DNA of 63,502 bases, filler included, from Neoconidiobolus thromboides FSU 785 (taxonomy: Eukaryota; Fungi; Entomophthoromycota): NCBI GenBank assembly GCA_025603075.1. It is 4 parts of 4 records of this genome, joined end to end, with 100 filler letters (N's around TTAATTAATTAA, not from the genome) between each part and the next. Parts side by side here need not be neighbours in the genome. Positions count along the whole stretch, not along the records: positions 1 to 30,011 come from MU626488.1; 3 more parts are not named here. The stretch is one strand, 5' to 3'. This document shows positions 1 through 11,700 of the stretch, one piece after another; the first letter of the stretch is position 1, and each line of letters opens with the position of its first letter. Both the position numbers and the translations under genes were made by a program. Under the pieces are notes generated by a model. It had not been told where the DNA came from and made no database searches. It was given only the letters and a program-made list of their open reading frames with translations.

Positions 1-24
1 AAGAAACACAGCTATTTGTTTTGA

Positions 25-131
25 ATATGGAGATACGTTTTTGTGTTCAAGAATTTTACTAACAATCTTTCTGTCTGAATGGTGCTCAAAAGATAGAGAA
101 AGTGATAAACCTAAAGAAAACATTCACATAT
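25..131 (+). mobile_element. AWWT-MITE copy (diverged)
   Basis: atat-ggagatacgttttt...aaaacattcac-atat with the shared core aagaattttactaacaatcttt. Confidence 0.8.
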
Positions 132-193
132 GCAGTTCTGATGTATTAAATTTAATTTACCAAAATTTAATTGAGAAATAACTTTAATTTACT

Positions 194-300
194 ATATGAG
201 AGTGTTTTTTTTGACTTCATTATTTTTTCCATTTTCTAAGCGCCATTTAAGCGGAAATTTTGTTGGTAAAATTCTTAAACACAAAAATACATCCCCATAT
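194..300 (-). mobile_element. AWWT-MITE copy
   Basis: atat-gagagtgttttt...aaaaatacatcccc-atat. Confidence 0.85.
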
Positions 301-1307
301 TTAGATTTGATTTTTTAATTTTTATGTGTATCTTTAATAAAATTCAATATTTTAAATTTCCTTCATTTCAAATCAAAAAATTAGCTAAAAGCCTAGTTAT
401 CTTACAAAGATAAAAATATAATAATAAAAATAAAATAGTAAAAATACAAAAAGCGACTAAACGCTCTTATTGACAGTAAACTTTTATGATTGAATTTATC
501 ATTTTCATAAAGCCTTAGAAACAAGTGTTAAACTCAAAAAAATAAAAAACTAATCTTTTTACCATGTTATCATCAGTATGAAGTTGTTGTAGGCTACCTA
601 TATTTAATTATGGTTATTACATTAAATAAATACATGTATTAATAATTTTATCATTTTTTAGGACAAATTTATGTGTAAAATATTTGGGATGATATAATAA
701 TTGATTTATTTAAATTTGTATAATAAAATAATGAAATTAAGATAATAGCTTGATTTTGTTATTACTTGAGATTTTAAAATAACAGTTAGTCAAATAATGG
801 TAACTAAACTATTGGAAAAACTTTACCTATATTCAATCTGTACCCCTCTTTGCTTTTATAGACGTTATTTCCAGAACCATAGCTGTATCCCATAAGAATA
901 TGTTTTTTTACAACGACTCACCTGTACTCTTCATCTCTAGTCTCAGTCTGCATACGGCTTGCCCTTATAAGCTTGACTTTTATTCTTTATTCGAAAAGAA
1001 GTAGATCTAAAAACTTTGATTTCTCATTAACACATTACCTATTTAAACATTAAATTCGTAGTATTGTTTACAACACTCTGTCTTTATTTAGAGAGCATCC
1101 CAATCCCTATATAACTCCCTTTGTTGTAATTGTAGTTTGTTACTTAACTAAACAAAGTACTAAATGTTTGGCTTAGCTTGAAAAATTTATTGAAAGTGTA
1201 TAAATAAACATTTCATTAATTAGAAAATTCATCAAATTGTACAATGATCACAATATTATAAAACAAATATGTGTGGATATAGATATTAAATTATAGTACC
1301 AATATTC

Positions 1308-1414
1308 ATATGGGGATGTATTTTTTTGTTTAAGAATTTTACTAACAATCTTTCGACTCAAGTAGTGCTAAAAAAATGGAAAAAGTAATGAAATCAAAAA
1401 AAACATTCCCATAT
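1308..1414 (+). mobile_element. AWWT-MITE copy
   Basis: atat-ggggatgtattttt...aaaaacattccc-atat. Confidence 0.9.
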
Positions 1415-2165
1415 CATGAACTATTGTAAGTCATAACTACTAGTAAATAGTAATTATGAGTGAAACAGCTATTCGAAATTAACTGATTGAAGTGATTAAG
1501 CTTAATTAAATAATTATAATTCATTATTAAAGGTGTAAAAAAGCATAGTATTTAAGTACCTAGTTTGTTAAAAAAGGAGTATTTTATTTAACACTTAATT
1601 ATTTTTATTACCTATTTTAGTTGTTATTTTTTAACAAACATTTAGTATTGTATGTGAACAGAAACATTTAAAAAACAGTTCCTTTTTCCAGTTCATTTAG
1701 CAAACTGTTCCAATATGAAAGTATCATAAAAATAAATAAAAATAGATTTCTAATTCTTGGACAGGATATTTGTGAGTTTTTATAGATAACAATGGGATCA
1801 GCTTTATTATGACATGTCATAAATAAATTGAAGACATTATGGTCGATACTAAGGATTTTCATAAGAAAGATAACACTTAGATCATTTGATCAAATATTAT
1901 TCAAAAACCCTTCGAAATTTAATATTATAAACTATTGATATTTTATTTAAATTCCAAGAACTTTCAACTATTGTTAGTTAATTCGTTTTATCTATTATAA
2001 CAAATAAAGATACTGGATTTTTTATGTAAAAACTGGCCCAAGGAATAGAAGGGTACTTGATTTAACTTCACGGAATTATACCTCAATAATTGTCCTTTTA
2101 AACAACTTTTTGATTTGTATAAAAACCCATAATGTAGCCTTTAAGATGATTTTAGTTGATTCAAT

Positions 2166-2271
2166 ATATGAGGATGATTTTTTTGGTTTCATTACTTTTT
2201 CCACCTTTTAAGCGCTATTTGAGTGGAAACATTGTTAGTAAAATTGTTAAACAAAAAATACATCCCCATAT
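2166..2271 (-). mobile_element. AWWT-MITE copy
   Basis: atat-gaggatgattttt...aaaatacatcccc-atat. Confidence 0.9.
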
Positions 2272-2426
2272 TTATTAAAAAGAGTTAATAAAATTTCTAA
2301 AAGGTTATGCCTTTCAGACTATTTTTCACGATTGTATGTTTGGTTTTTAAACATAAATTAATAATATGAAAAGAAAACATAGAAATTAACAACACATAAG
2401 TAATTGATACATCGCTTATTTTATTA

Positions 2427-5400
2427 TTACAGATTATCCCTCTTTGCTCGCTTCTCTAAGTATTCTTCTTTACCAACAAATATTCTTTTAAATCTGTTCA
2501 AAAGTTCCTTTTTATCAGTCCCTTCAATAGTTTGATACACCTTATAAAATCGATACAAGTTTTTGTTCTCAGGAACCCAAATTTTGAACGGTTTTCCAGA
2601 ACGAGGATCAATATTATCACTCATATTCCCTTGAAACAATTGAACTCCTTGATATTTTCCGGTAACTAACATCTCAAGCTTAGCTAATTGAATATCAATC
2701 ATTTCATTCATAGTCAATGAATTTAATTTAGGTAATTTGGATTGAAGTGTAGTAACAATCTGTTGAAATTTTTTAATCGATCGAAATTTAACCTTGTATT
2801 TCAATATTCCTGCTGCTTCACATAAGTCCTGGGTGTTTAAGAATAGCATGCTAAGATGAGCACCCTCAACATTGTTCAGCTTTTTGACAAATAACTTGTG
2901 CTTTCTTGCATATTCTTTATTAACTTTCGATTCAATCAATGTCTTGATATAGGATTTAGCACTTTTATCACTATCACTGAGGCTTCGAATACCAATTTCA
3001 CAGCCCACCAGTTCCTTTCTCTTTTGATTTGTTTTATTGAAATAATTTTGATCATAAAAACCATACTTTTGCTCCTTACTTAATTGACTATAAAATAATT
3101 TAGCACTCATGGTGTTATTTTTATTAATAGAGACTATCTCCTCCAGTAAATTATTGCTTTTGATGGCTTCTGGGTTTAGTTTTAGTTGCTTAATTTTATT
3201 CAATATATAAGATATCCCCCCTCGGGTTTCATCTTCTATTCTATCAATGAATTTAATCCCATCTTCGTGAAATTTGATGTCACTGGTATCAAACTCATAA
3301 TGAGATAACGGAATAGAGATATCATAATTATCAACTTTAATTTGCGTTTCAATATCTTCCTCTCCATTCTCGATTCTTTTAAGCAGTTTTATAAACATTT
3401 CTTTATACTTGGCTCCATCTTCTTTTTCCATCTCTTGAATCTTACTATTATACTCTGTTTCCCATTTTTTTACTTTATCTTCAATAATTTTTGCTTTATC
3501 AATAGAAAATAAACGGAAGTAATCATCCAGGATTATATCTTCAAATTCCATTTTAACTAATTTACGACGAATAACCTCTTCAACCATATATATAGAAAAA
3601 GGCTCGAACTTTTCAATGAAGTCTTCAAATTCAATATCACCCGAATGAATAGCACAGAGTACTTGAGTCAAAAAGAAAGCCTGATTTGGTATTGAGTCAC
3701 TCATTCTATTTAAAGGCGACTCTATAAACCTTTGATATTTTTCTATAACCTCATGTTTGATACTTTTATTATTATAAATAACCATACAAGTATCCAGTAC
3801 CATTTTAAAAATAGTTAGATTATGCTCTGTTGGTTGATTAAAAACCACATCTAAACATTTTGAAAGCACCAGAAATGGGATAATCTTAATCTCATTACCA
3901 AGACCCCCAGTAACTGATAATGTAGCCATCCATGAAAGCATTGTTTTACTTCTTTTAGATGCAACCTTCCAATGATGTTCATTTATATATAAAGGCATTA
4001 CTGCATTGATTTTCTCATTTGCTAATCCTGTAGTTACACTGGCAATTTTATTTTCCTTGTCAAAACCACCATGTAGCTGCGATTGATCCTCTTCTTCTTT
4101 GATTATTTTATATGACAATATATCCATAAATCCCACACAGCTTGTAAATGTTGGCCCTACATTGGTAATCTTTAATAAAGTGGAATCAAAAACACATGCC
4201 TCACTACGTTGAACCTGAAGTCCAAGACCAATACAATCACCCTCTTCTAAGGCTTCAATGAAATTGCAACGTGTCAGTGGACACGTGGTTTGATCTAAAA
4301 CTGTACTATCGACTTCTTTTCTTAGCTTCTCAAAATCAATTTCTTTAACTGTTTGTTCAATTTCTTTTTCAAGATCATCAATAGGGTTAGAATTATTTAT
4401 AATTCTTCTGTTTATTCTATTTTTTGCTTTGTTACTCAATAACAGCATATTATGACTTGCCAGTGATTGCCAAGAAGCAATCATGTTATTTGTTAATTTT
4501 GAATTTTTTAGACTAGAAATACCTTCTTTAAGTCCATCAATCAATTTTTTCGTTAATAATACCCTTGGCCTACTAATTTTCCGTTGTTCACTGCAAAGAA
4601 TGTTGATACTCTTATAAAAATGCTGAATTTTTTTCTCAACTTCATTTAGCTGATTTTCTATCGATATCAACTCTTCATCTGACAAGGGCTCAATATTAGA
4701 TTTCAAGACTTTATCTGCTAACCTTTTAATTACAATATCAAGCACATCGCATTGAACTTGGATAAAGCTGATACCATCCTGTTTATTAAACTCAAAAGGA
4801 GTTAATTCAATAGGACATAGTTTTTGATAAGTTGTTTCATTATTTTCATTATCTTCATTTTTTATTGATAACCACATCTGATCATCAACTAGTTGTTTGT
4901 CTACTATAAATAAGGCAACGTTTAGAGAATTCAATCTGATTTTTATTGCTTCAGAACTCGTACTAAAAGTAACATAAAGCTGAATTTTATTTTCCAATAA
5001 AATTTCTTCTAATCGTTCCAAAGATTCTTGAATATCACTTGATTGTTTTACATATTGAAATGAACCAATACTATCTCCAATTTCTGTCATCTTTCCAAGG
5101 AGGTAAGCATCATGACAGCTGGTAAATCCAATTGAATGAAACTCTAAAGATAGCTGATTTTGGCATTGTATAATGTCTTTAAACTTATTTAATGAACTTG
5201 AGCGATCATTGACTAATGTATCTGTTCTTTCATAATTATCTTCTCCATCAGAAAAAAAAAGTATTGATATTGATTTTTTTGTATCATCCATATGTAAAAT
5301 TCTTTTTCCCATTTTCTCAAACACAGATCTAAACATTGTGCCTCCACCTACAAATAGTTCACTAATTTGTGTCTTAAATTTGTCGAAATCATCTCCAGCA

Positions 5401-5684
5401 TGATAAATATACTCAGTACAACTTTCATTAAACGAAAATAGAGAGATCCCCTGCACTTGGGCATGGGTGATTTCACACAGGTTTACAATGCTTTCTTTAG
5501 CCAAATTGAAAGCAGCTCCGGCCATACTACCACTGCTATCTAATGCTAAAAACAAATACTTATCAAATGTTGGTTGAGTACTTTGGGATGAAAAAATGAT
5601 CGTTATCTGTTCTACTGGTAGCTTTAAATTTAAAGCTAGCTCCAAGCTATTAACAGGAACATATTTAGCAGTGAGAGCATTCAT
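2427..5684 (-). CDS. Large intronless VWA (von Willebrand A) domain protein, about 1085 aa, with a long C-terminal region of unknown function
   Basis: Uninterrupted ORF. N-terminal FLALDSSGSMAG matches the MIDAS DxSxS motif, followed by GGTMF, FFSDGED and FHSIGF typical of VWA folds. Start taken at MNALTAK (5684); the upstream ATG at 5714 encodes an A/T-run peptide. Confidence 0.85.
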   Translation of the reverse strand: MNALTAKYVPVNSLELALNLKLPVEQITIIFSSQSTQPTFDKYLFLALDSSGSMAGAAFNLAKESIVNLCEITHAQVQGISLFSFNESCTEYIYHAGDDFDKFKTQISELFVGGGTMFRSVFEKMGKRILHMDDTKKSISILFFSDGEDNYERTDTLVNDRSSSLNKFKDIIQCQNQLSLEFHSIGFTSCHDAYLLGKMTEIGDSIGSFQYVKQSSDIQESLERLEEILLENKIQLYVTFSTSSEAIKIRLNSLNVALFIVDKQLVDDQMWLSIKNEDNENNETTYQKLCPIELTPFEFNKQDGISFIQVQCDVLDIVIKRLADKVLKSNIEPLSDEELISIENQLNEVEKKIQHFYKSINILCSEQRKISRPRVLLTKKLIDGLKEGISSLKNSKLTNNMIASWQSLASHNMLLLSNKAKNRINRRIINNSNPIDDLEKEIEQTVKEIDFEKLRKEVDSTVLDQTTCPLTRCNFIEALEEGDCIGLGLQVQRSEACVFDSTLLKITNVGPTFTSCVGFMDILSYKIIKEEEDQSQLHGGFDKENKIASVTTGLANEKINAVMPLYINEHHWKVASKRSKTMLSWMATLSVTGGLGNEIKIIPFLVLSKCLDVVFNQPTEHNLTIFKMVLDTCMVIYNNKSIKHEVIEKYQRFIESPLNRMSDSIPNQAFFLTQVLCAIHSGDIEFEDFIEKFEPFSIYMVEEVIRRKLVKMEFEDIILDDYFRLFSIDKAKIIEDKVKKWETEYNSKIQEMEKEDGAKYKEMFIKLLKRIENGEEDIETQIKVDNYDISIPLSHYEFDTSDIKFHEDGIKFIDRIEDETRGGISYILNKIKQLKLNPEAIKSNNLLEEIVSINKNNTMSAKLFYSQLSKEQKYGFYDQNYFNKTNQKRKELVGCEIGIRSLSDSDKSAKSYIKTLIESKVNKEYARKHKLFVKKLNNVEGAHLSMLFLNTQDLCEAAGILKYKVKFRSIKKFQQIVTTLQSKLPKLNSLTMNEMIDIQLAKLEMLVTGKYQGVQLFQGNMSDNIDPRSGKPFKIWVPENKNLYRFYKVYQTIEGTDKKELLNRFKRIFVGKEEYLEKRAKRDNL

Positions 5685-6442
5685 CTTTTTATTTTTTATA
5701 AAAAAAATTAGCATAATTTGAATTTTTTCAGTATTTATTGATGAAAGCGCGCAGTTGAATCGATTTTAGGCTGCGAAATTTTTGAATTTTAAACCTGATT
5801 TGTAAATTTGACAAAGAGTTACTTAGATTTGCTATATTTAGATTTGGCTTTCATCATCAGCTATTTTATAGGCTTAATTTTAAGTTGAAGGTAAACGTCA
5901 GGGTGCCTATTTAATATAAGAACATATAATATAGAAACTGAGATTTACAGAGATAAATTGGGACTTTGAGGAGTGCTTAAGTTGAAGGATTACAGGTGTG
6001 ACAATGGAATTAAGTGGGTACAGGCTTATTTTTTGAAAAAGTATATTCCATTCCCCTCAATAAATATCTATTTCTCTATTCTAATTGAACACTTTAGGTG
6101 ATTATTTTTTGTTTATTCACTAAGCACTTTAAACTTTTAAGAACCTCTTATTTAGAGACTTAAATAAAAACAAACATTCAATGAGCTTATAATATAATTT
6201 ACTGTCCTAATAATTATTGTAGGTAAGATTTATATTACCATATATTTCTATTTTGTTAATTAAATTTTGATTTATAAAACTCTTCTATCTCCTAGAGTTT
6301 TAAAGAAGTTTTAAGCTTCTTTTGGTGTTGAATATTTATATCCTAATATATAGTCTTATAAAAAATTTAGTCTTTATACTTAAAAATTATGAAACTTTAC
6401 AATGCTGAATAAATGAACTCTTTTTTAATCTATAATACTACT

Positions 6443-6548
6443 ATATGGGATGTATTTTTGTATTTAAGAATTTTATTAATGGGGTCTTTCCACTCAAATA
6501 GTGCTTGAAAAATGGAAAAAGTGATGAAGCCAAAAAAAACATCTATAT
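6443..6548 (+). mobile_element. AWWT-MITE copy
   Basis: atat-gggatgtattttt...ccactcaaatagtgctt...aaaaacatct-atat. Confidence 0.85.
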
Positions 6549-7199
6549 ATATCATTTAGAAATGAACATATATGTTAAATAAAGAAAACAATCCTAACAA
6601 TTTAAAAACTATTATGTAGAAAATTAATTTATTCTAAAAACGATATGATTATATAAACATAAAATTGCAATAGATACTACCCATTTTCCAATTTATTTTT
6701 TAATGCTGTTGTTAGAAAATTAACAATAATAAGTAATAGCTATTTGAGGTATTCTAAATAATATAATAACATAATAGAAATTTAAACTCGAATTTGAACA
6801 GTGAGTCTTAAACATTACTTAACCGGTATTAACGTATGCTACTTTATCATTATTTGAAATGCTTGAACACGTATTGTTGAAACAATTTTGAAAAAAGTTA
6901 TATAAATGTGATATTTAATAAGTTTTTGTTAATATGTAATGAATTTGTAATAGTTAACAAAATATTGTTTACCAACTAGGGTTTGATTTACGAAAATATC
7001 TTTCTGAAAATAATATAAAAAATAGTATTGTAAATCGAACTCTTGAATGCAAACTTTGCGTTTCTATTAAAATCAACAAAGTACAAATATTTTTCAGACT
7101 TGGCAACAATTGCTCTTTGTGGAGTTAGATTGCTATCAATATTTCTATGGCATTTGTCTCTCAAGTCTTCTTATATCTTTTTATTAATCCAGTATTATT

Positions 7200-7584
7200 C
7201 ATCAAAGCACATTATAAAGATATATAAACAATCGGTCCTTGAACAGGCGAAAGATTTTCGACTATTCGTGGAAAGTTGATCATTATCATAACCTTTATTA
7301 AGCCACGCATTCCTATGTTAACATTTCTCCAGTTAGACCAAATAAAGTAATTTATAGTCAGTTATGCCTAGCATGTTATTTTATATATACCTTGCTCCGT
7401 AGAAATTAGTAACCCACACTTTGCAAGGTTTCAAATAATGGATCATTTCTTCCTCACTTGAATAGTTGATTAATAGCCCAAAATATAGGTCATCTGTATG
7501 TATTATGTCAGCGTCTGAGGGTACAGACTTATCACTAGCTAAAATATAAGAATTCATAATCATCAAAGCTATATAAGAAATCAT
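7200..7584 (-). CDS. Possible small secreted protein or gene relic
   Basis: MISYIALMIMNSYILAS start is weakly signal-peptide-like, the composition looks coding, and a GT donor follows GAR. No homology recognised; the 3' end is a guess. Confidence 0.25.
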
Positions 7585-8285
7585 GGCTTTTGGTAACTGT
7601 CTAAAATAGGACCCTAAACATTCTATAAAATCTATAATCTGGTTAAAATAACTGACCTAATTCCTTTCACTTTCTTAACTTCGAGGAAAGAAGAAAAATA
7701 TTTTTTTGTTACAAATGACTTCTCCATTATTAACTATTTTGTTTGTAGTATAATACTGACTTATATTTTTTTTAAAATTCTGCTATGATGAACTTTGATC
7801 CATTTTTTTCATCATGTATTATGTTAATTTTAAACAGCAACTATTTCATAATATAAATAAAATGATTGAAGTAATTACATAATAGTGAAGAGGTAGATGC
7901 ATAATCAAGTATGGAGAATTCCAAAACTCCTATTTACAGTTATCCATCCTTAATAAATTGAATACATGTGTCAAATATATATACAATCAGTATAGAAAGG
8001 TTAGTATATTAATATTGTTGGTTTTTTGAAACGCATTTACAACCTTGTATTCTTATAAAATTATTAAACAATTAGTTCAAAGATAGATTTCAGAGGTTTG
8101 ATTTTATTCAGAATTATTAAAACACCACACATTAAAAAAATATCCTATGAACAATGTTATTTATCTAAAGCTTGAAAAGGTCAAGCATCAGATTGTTTTA
8201 GGAAATAAAATAATACCAATTTTTAAAAATTTGAAGCAATTAAGAAGGAGTTTAAAAAAGATAGAGAAAAAGTTTAAACGAACAC

Positions 8286-8389
8286 ATATAAGGGTATGTT
8301 TTTTTCATTACTCTTTGCATTTTCTAAGTGCTATTTGGAGTGGGAAAATTGTCAGTAAAACTCTCAAACAAAAAAACACATCCCCATAT
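8286..8389 (-). mobile_element. AWWT-MITE copy
   Basis: atat-aagggtatgttttt...aaaacacatcccc-atat. Confidence 0.8.
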
Positions 8390-8771
8390 ATTATCTTAGG
8401 GGATTTATATTTATTATTATCAGTATCATATATAATAATCCTTTTTAACTACCACCTGTTTATGAATTCAATTTCAAACAAAATGTCAGTTAAATTAATA
8501 ATGATAAACATTTATGTAAATAAATTCAGCTTTGATACATGATCAATTTATTAAATAAATTTGTTTTTTGTCTTTACGATGAATTTAATAGCACAAAGTA
8601 TTACTGATCACACCAAATTAAATATCAATTTTCAATCGATTTATAAATCAATTGTTATAAACCTAACTTAATTACAATTAATCTTACATCAAAGCTTCCC
8701 AAGTTAAAGGTGGCTGCCCAGTCAAGGTGACATGCTCAACTTTATAACAATTGATATACTCTGAATTTAAA

Positions 8772-11700
8772 TTAGGCGATACATATAACTAAAAACAATG
8801 AAAAAACAATAAAATAACAAAATAGAAGCCTTACTTTAAATTTCCTATTTTTAAACACTCTCTTTTTAAAATAAGCTTTGATATTCTTCAATTCGTGGAT
8901 ATAAATCGAAGTAAGTGGCTTCAAGTTGTTTTTTGTTTTAATATTTGGAAGAATTGACTTAATATCGTAAGTTTCATTATCACCCAAAGGTAAAATATTT
9001 GTCATTAATGAAAAAGCTTGAGTTGTATTTGAATACTTTTTCAGCTCCAAATAAATTTTTACATTGGCACTTGAACTTATCTTTGGATCAATAAAGTTAC
9101 CTTCATTTAAATCCTTAATTAATTTAGGTACTTTTTCATCTCCTATACTTAAAGCACACAGCTGATACCATTCAGCTGAATCAAGTAATAAACTCCATTG
9201 TTCATTATGCCTATCTTGAAATTCTGCAATTACCGAGTTGTCATTGTTCCATTCCCATTTGAGAAACTTGCCTTCCATAATATTGCATTGACTCAATGGG
9301 ATCATAAGGCTTGTGCCCTGCTTGATCATTTCTATTTTATTTCCCAATTCTTTATATATAAAATAATGATATCTATAAAATATTAATTTTTGTATTATTA
9401 TTATGCTAACATAATCTTACTTATTAAAGTAACTTTCAAGTATCTCAAAAGCATTACGTTGTACTTGATTAAAATTGTTTGTAGACACGTAAGAATGAAA
9501 ATTAAAATCCGCTTCTTGCAGATCAAACTTAGCATGATAGTGACTAACAGAAATGTTTTCTAATATATATACATGGCTTGGCTAAAGAATATATTGTTAA
9601 TATTATTAAAGTATGATTATTTTTTTGTTTCTTACTTTTAACTTATTCGCCTCATCGATTCTTAGTGATGAATTCATTATTACCAAGATACGTTTTGATT
9701 GATCAATAAATGCACATCCATTCAAATGTTTACCTTTACAAAAGTTATAAGTAAGATTATTCATTACATCATATATAACTTACCTAAATAAAGTACGCAC
9801 ATATCCACGTTACTTCCTTTCTCAAGGCTTTCTAACGAAGTAATAGTACTTAACTGTTTTCCAAGCGCAGGATTATAATGACTATTCAAAGCACTCCCTT
9901 TTGTATTAACGCATTTTGTACTGATTGTTGAATTTAATTGTAACACACTATGGTAGTTGAATTTATGCCTGTCTTTACTTCTTTTTGGAATAAGGTTATA
10001 AAACTAACAAAGTTTAATTATTAACTTGATAATAATGAAAATAGTTTTACACAGTAATTTTCCCCTTCTTTGAAATCGTTATATGTTTCAAATGATATAT
10101 TCCATAGCGTTATTTGCGCTTCTGTATTATTTTTATCAATTATTCTTAATGCGCAAAAAGGAGTAAACTATTTATTATTTATGAATTCATATTACTATAT
10201 CATGAGTACAACTTACCTCATTTTCTGTCAAATCCTCCGATTCATCCATATCAGTGCTTTCCTTAAGAGCCAATTCTTCTTCGTAAGTACGAATAGTCGA
10301 TTTTCCATCTGATTTTGATCTTATCATTATCTTAAATGGGTGTTTTCTTATGATTCTACCAAAAGTACATGGTATTATATCACCATTTAATTTAATGTCT
10401 TTGATCTCTTTGATAAACCAATTGTAAGGTTGATGTCCAATTTTTCTAGACCAACATGCTTTTCTTGTCCCATTTGAGCTCAGTTTTAAGCTCAGCTTGT
10501 CTTTACTCTCTAAAATGGGTACAGAACCCGATGACTGAAGGATCGCACCAGTAATTTCAATTTTTTGTCCCAACTGAAACTCATTGTTTAATAATGAATT
10601 CCTGAGCGGCTCATCCAACTCACATTTAATACTATACCATCCATCTGAAATATAAAAATGAGGTCTTGCACCGCTAAAGTCAGCACCTCGAATGATTTCA
10701 CTAATAAACACTATTATATTACTTTGCAAGGAAGTTTGATTCTCAACGATACTCTTTAAACACAAACTCATATGGTCTCTTACCTCATTTCTGTATCTTA
10801 CTTTAAGCTGCTTGTGTACAATTTCTGGATAATTCTCATCAGCTTGTATTAATTTTGGAAAATAACGTACCAAGTTAAATATGTTCCAAACAATGTGTGA
10901 GTAATGGTTCTTTATCCAATCCTCTTTTTCAACATGAATAAATTGCATTCCATCAAAACATCGAGTTACATCAGCTAAGCCCCAAGGTTTGTTTCCAGAT
11001 GGTAGTCTAAATTGCACCTTCTTGGCATCTTCTATAGTTTTAATGTCACAAACATAAATCTTGCTCAATTTTTCAAAACCACTTGTGGATGTGCTCACTT
11101 CAGATAGGTCGATGAAGTTCAAGATGGTTGATTTTGAGACTTCTATAGCTGGATTTTCAATAAACTCAGTCAAGCTACTAATGTTATCTAAAGGAAGTTG
11201 AAGTGCTTCATTATCAAGGATTTCAAGAATTAAACCTAGTTTTGAATTATTCTCATTTTTTAGTGTATGGCTATATAAACATCCTTTTTAAATTACGTGT
11301 AAATGTTATTGTAGAAAAATATTTAAAAAATAGTTACTCTGACTGCTAGTAGCTAATGATAACTGCGAATGGATTTCATTTGTATAATTATTTGCTGTAT
11401 TTAAATTACCATTTAAAACTATTTTACTACTGTCCATATTAAATTGCTCTGCAGTAAAATCATTTGAAAGCACTTCTTTAATTTGCGAGTCCTTTCCATT
11501 TTGAATCGGATCACTCATTTGAGTCGAAGTTAAAACTAATAAAATATAAGTTTAAAACATTATAGGATTATTATTGTACCATTCATCCTACCAAATAAGT
11601 CCTTCTTATTTGGTGACTGTGAGGCTAGCTCCGTAGGTTGTGAAGTGTTATGTTCAGCTGACAAAAAGGTACTATCAAATGTTGTGTTAAAATCATGTGT

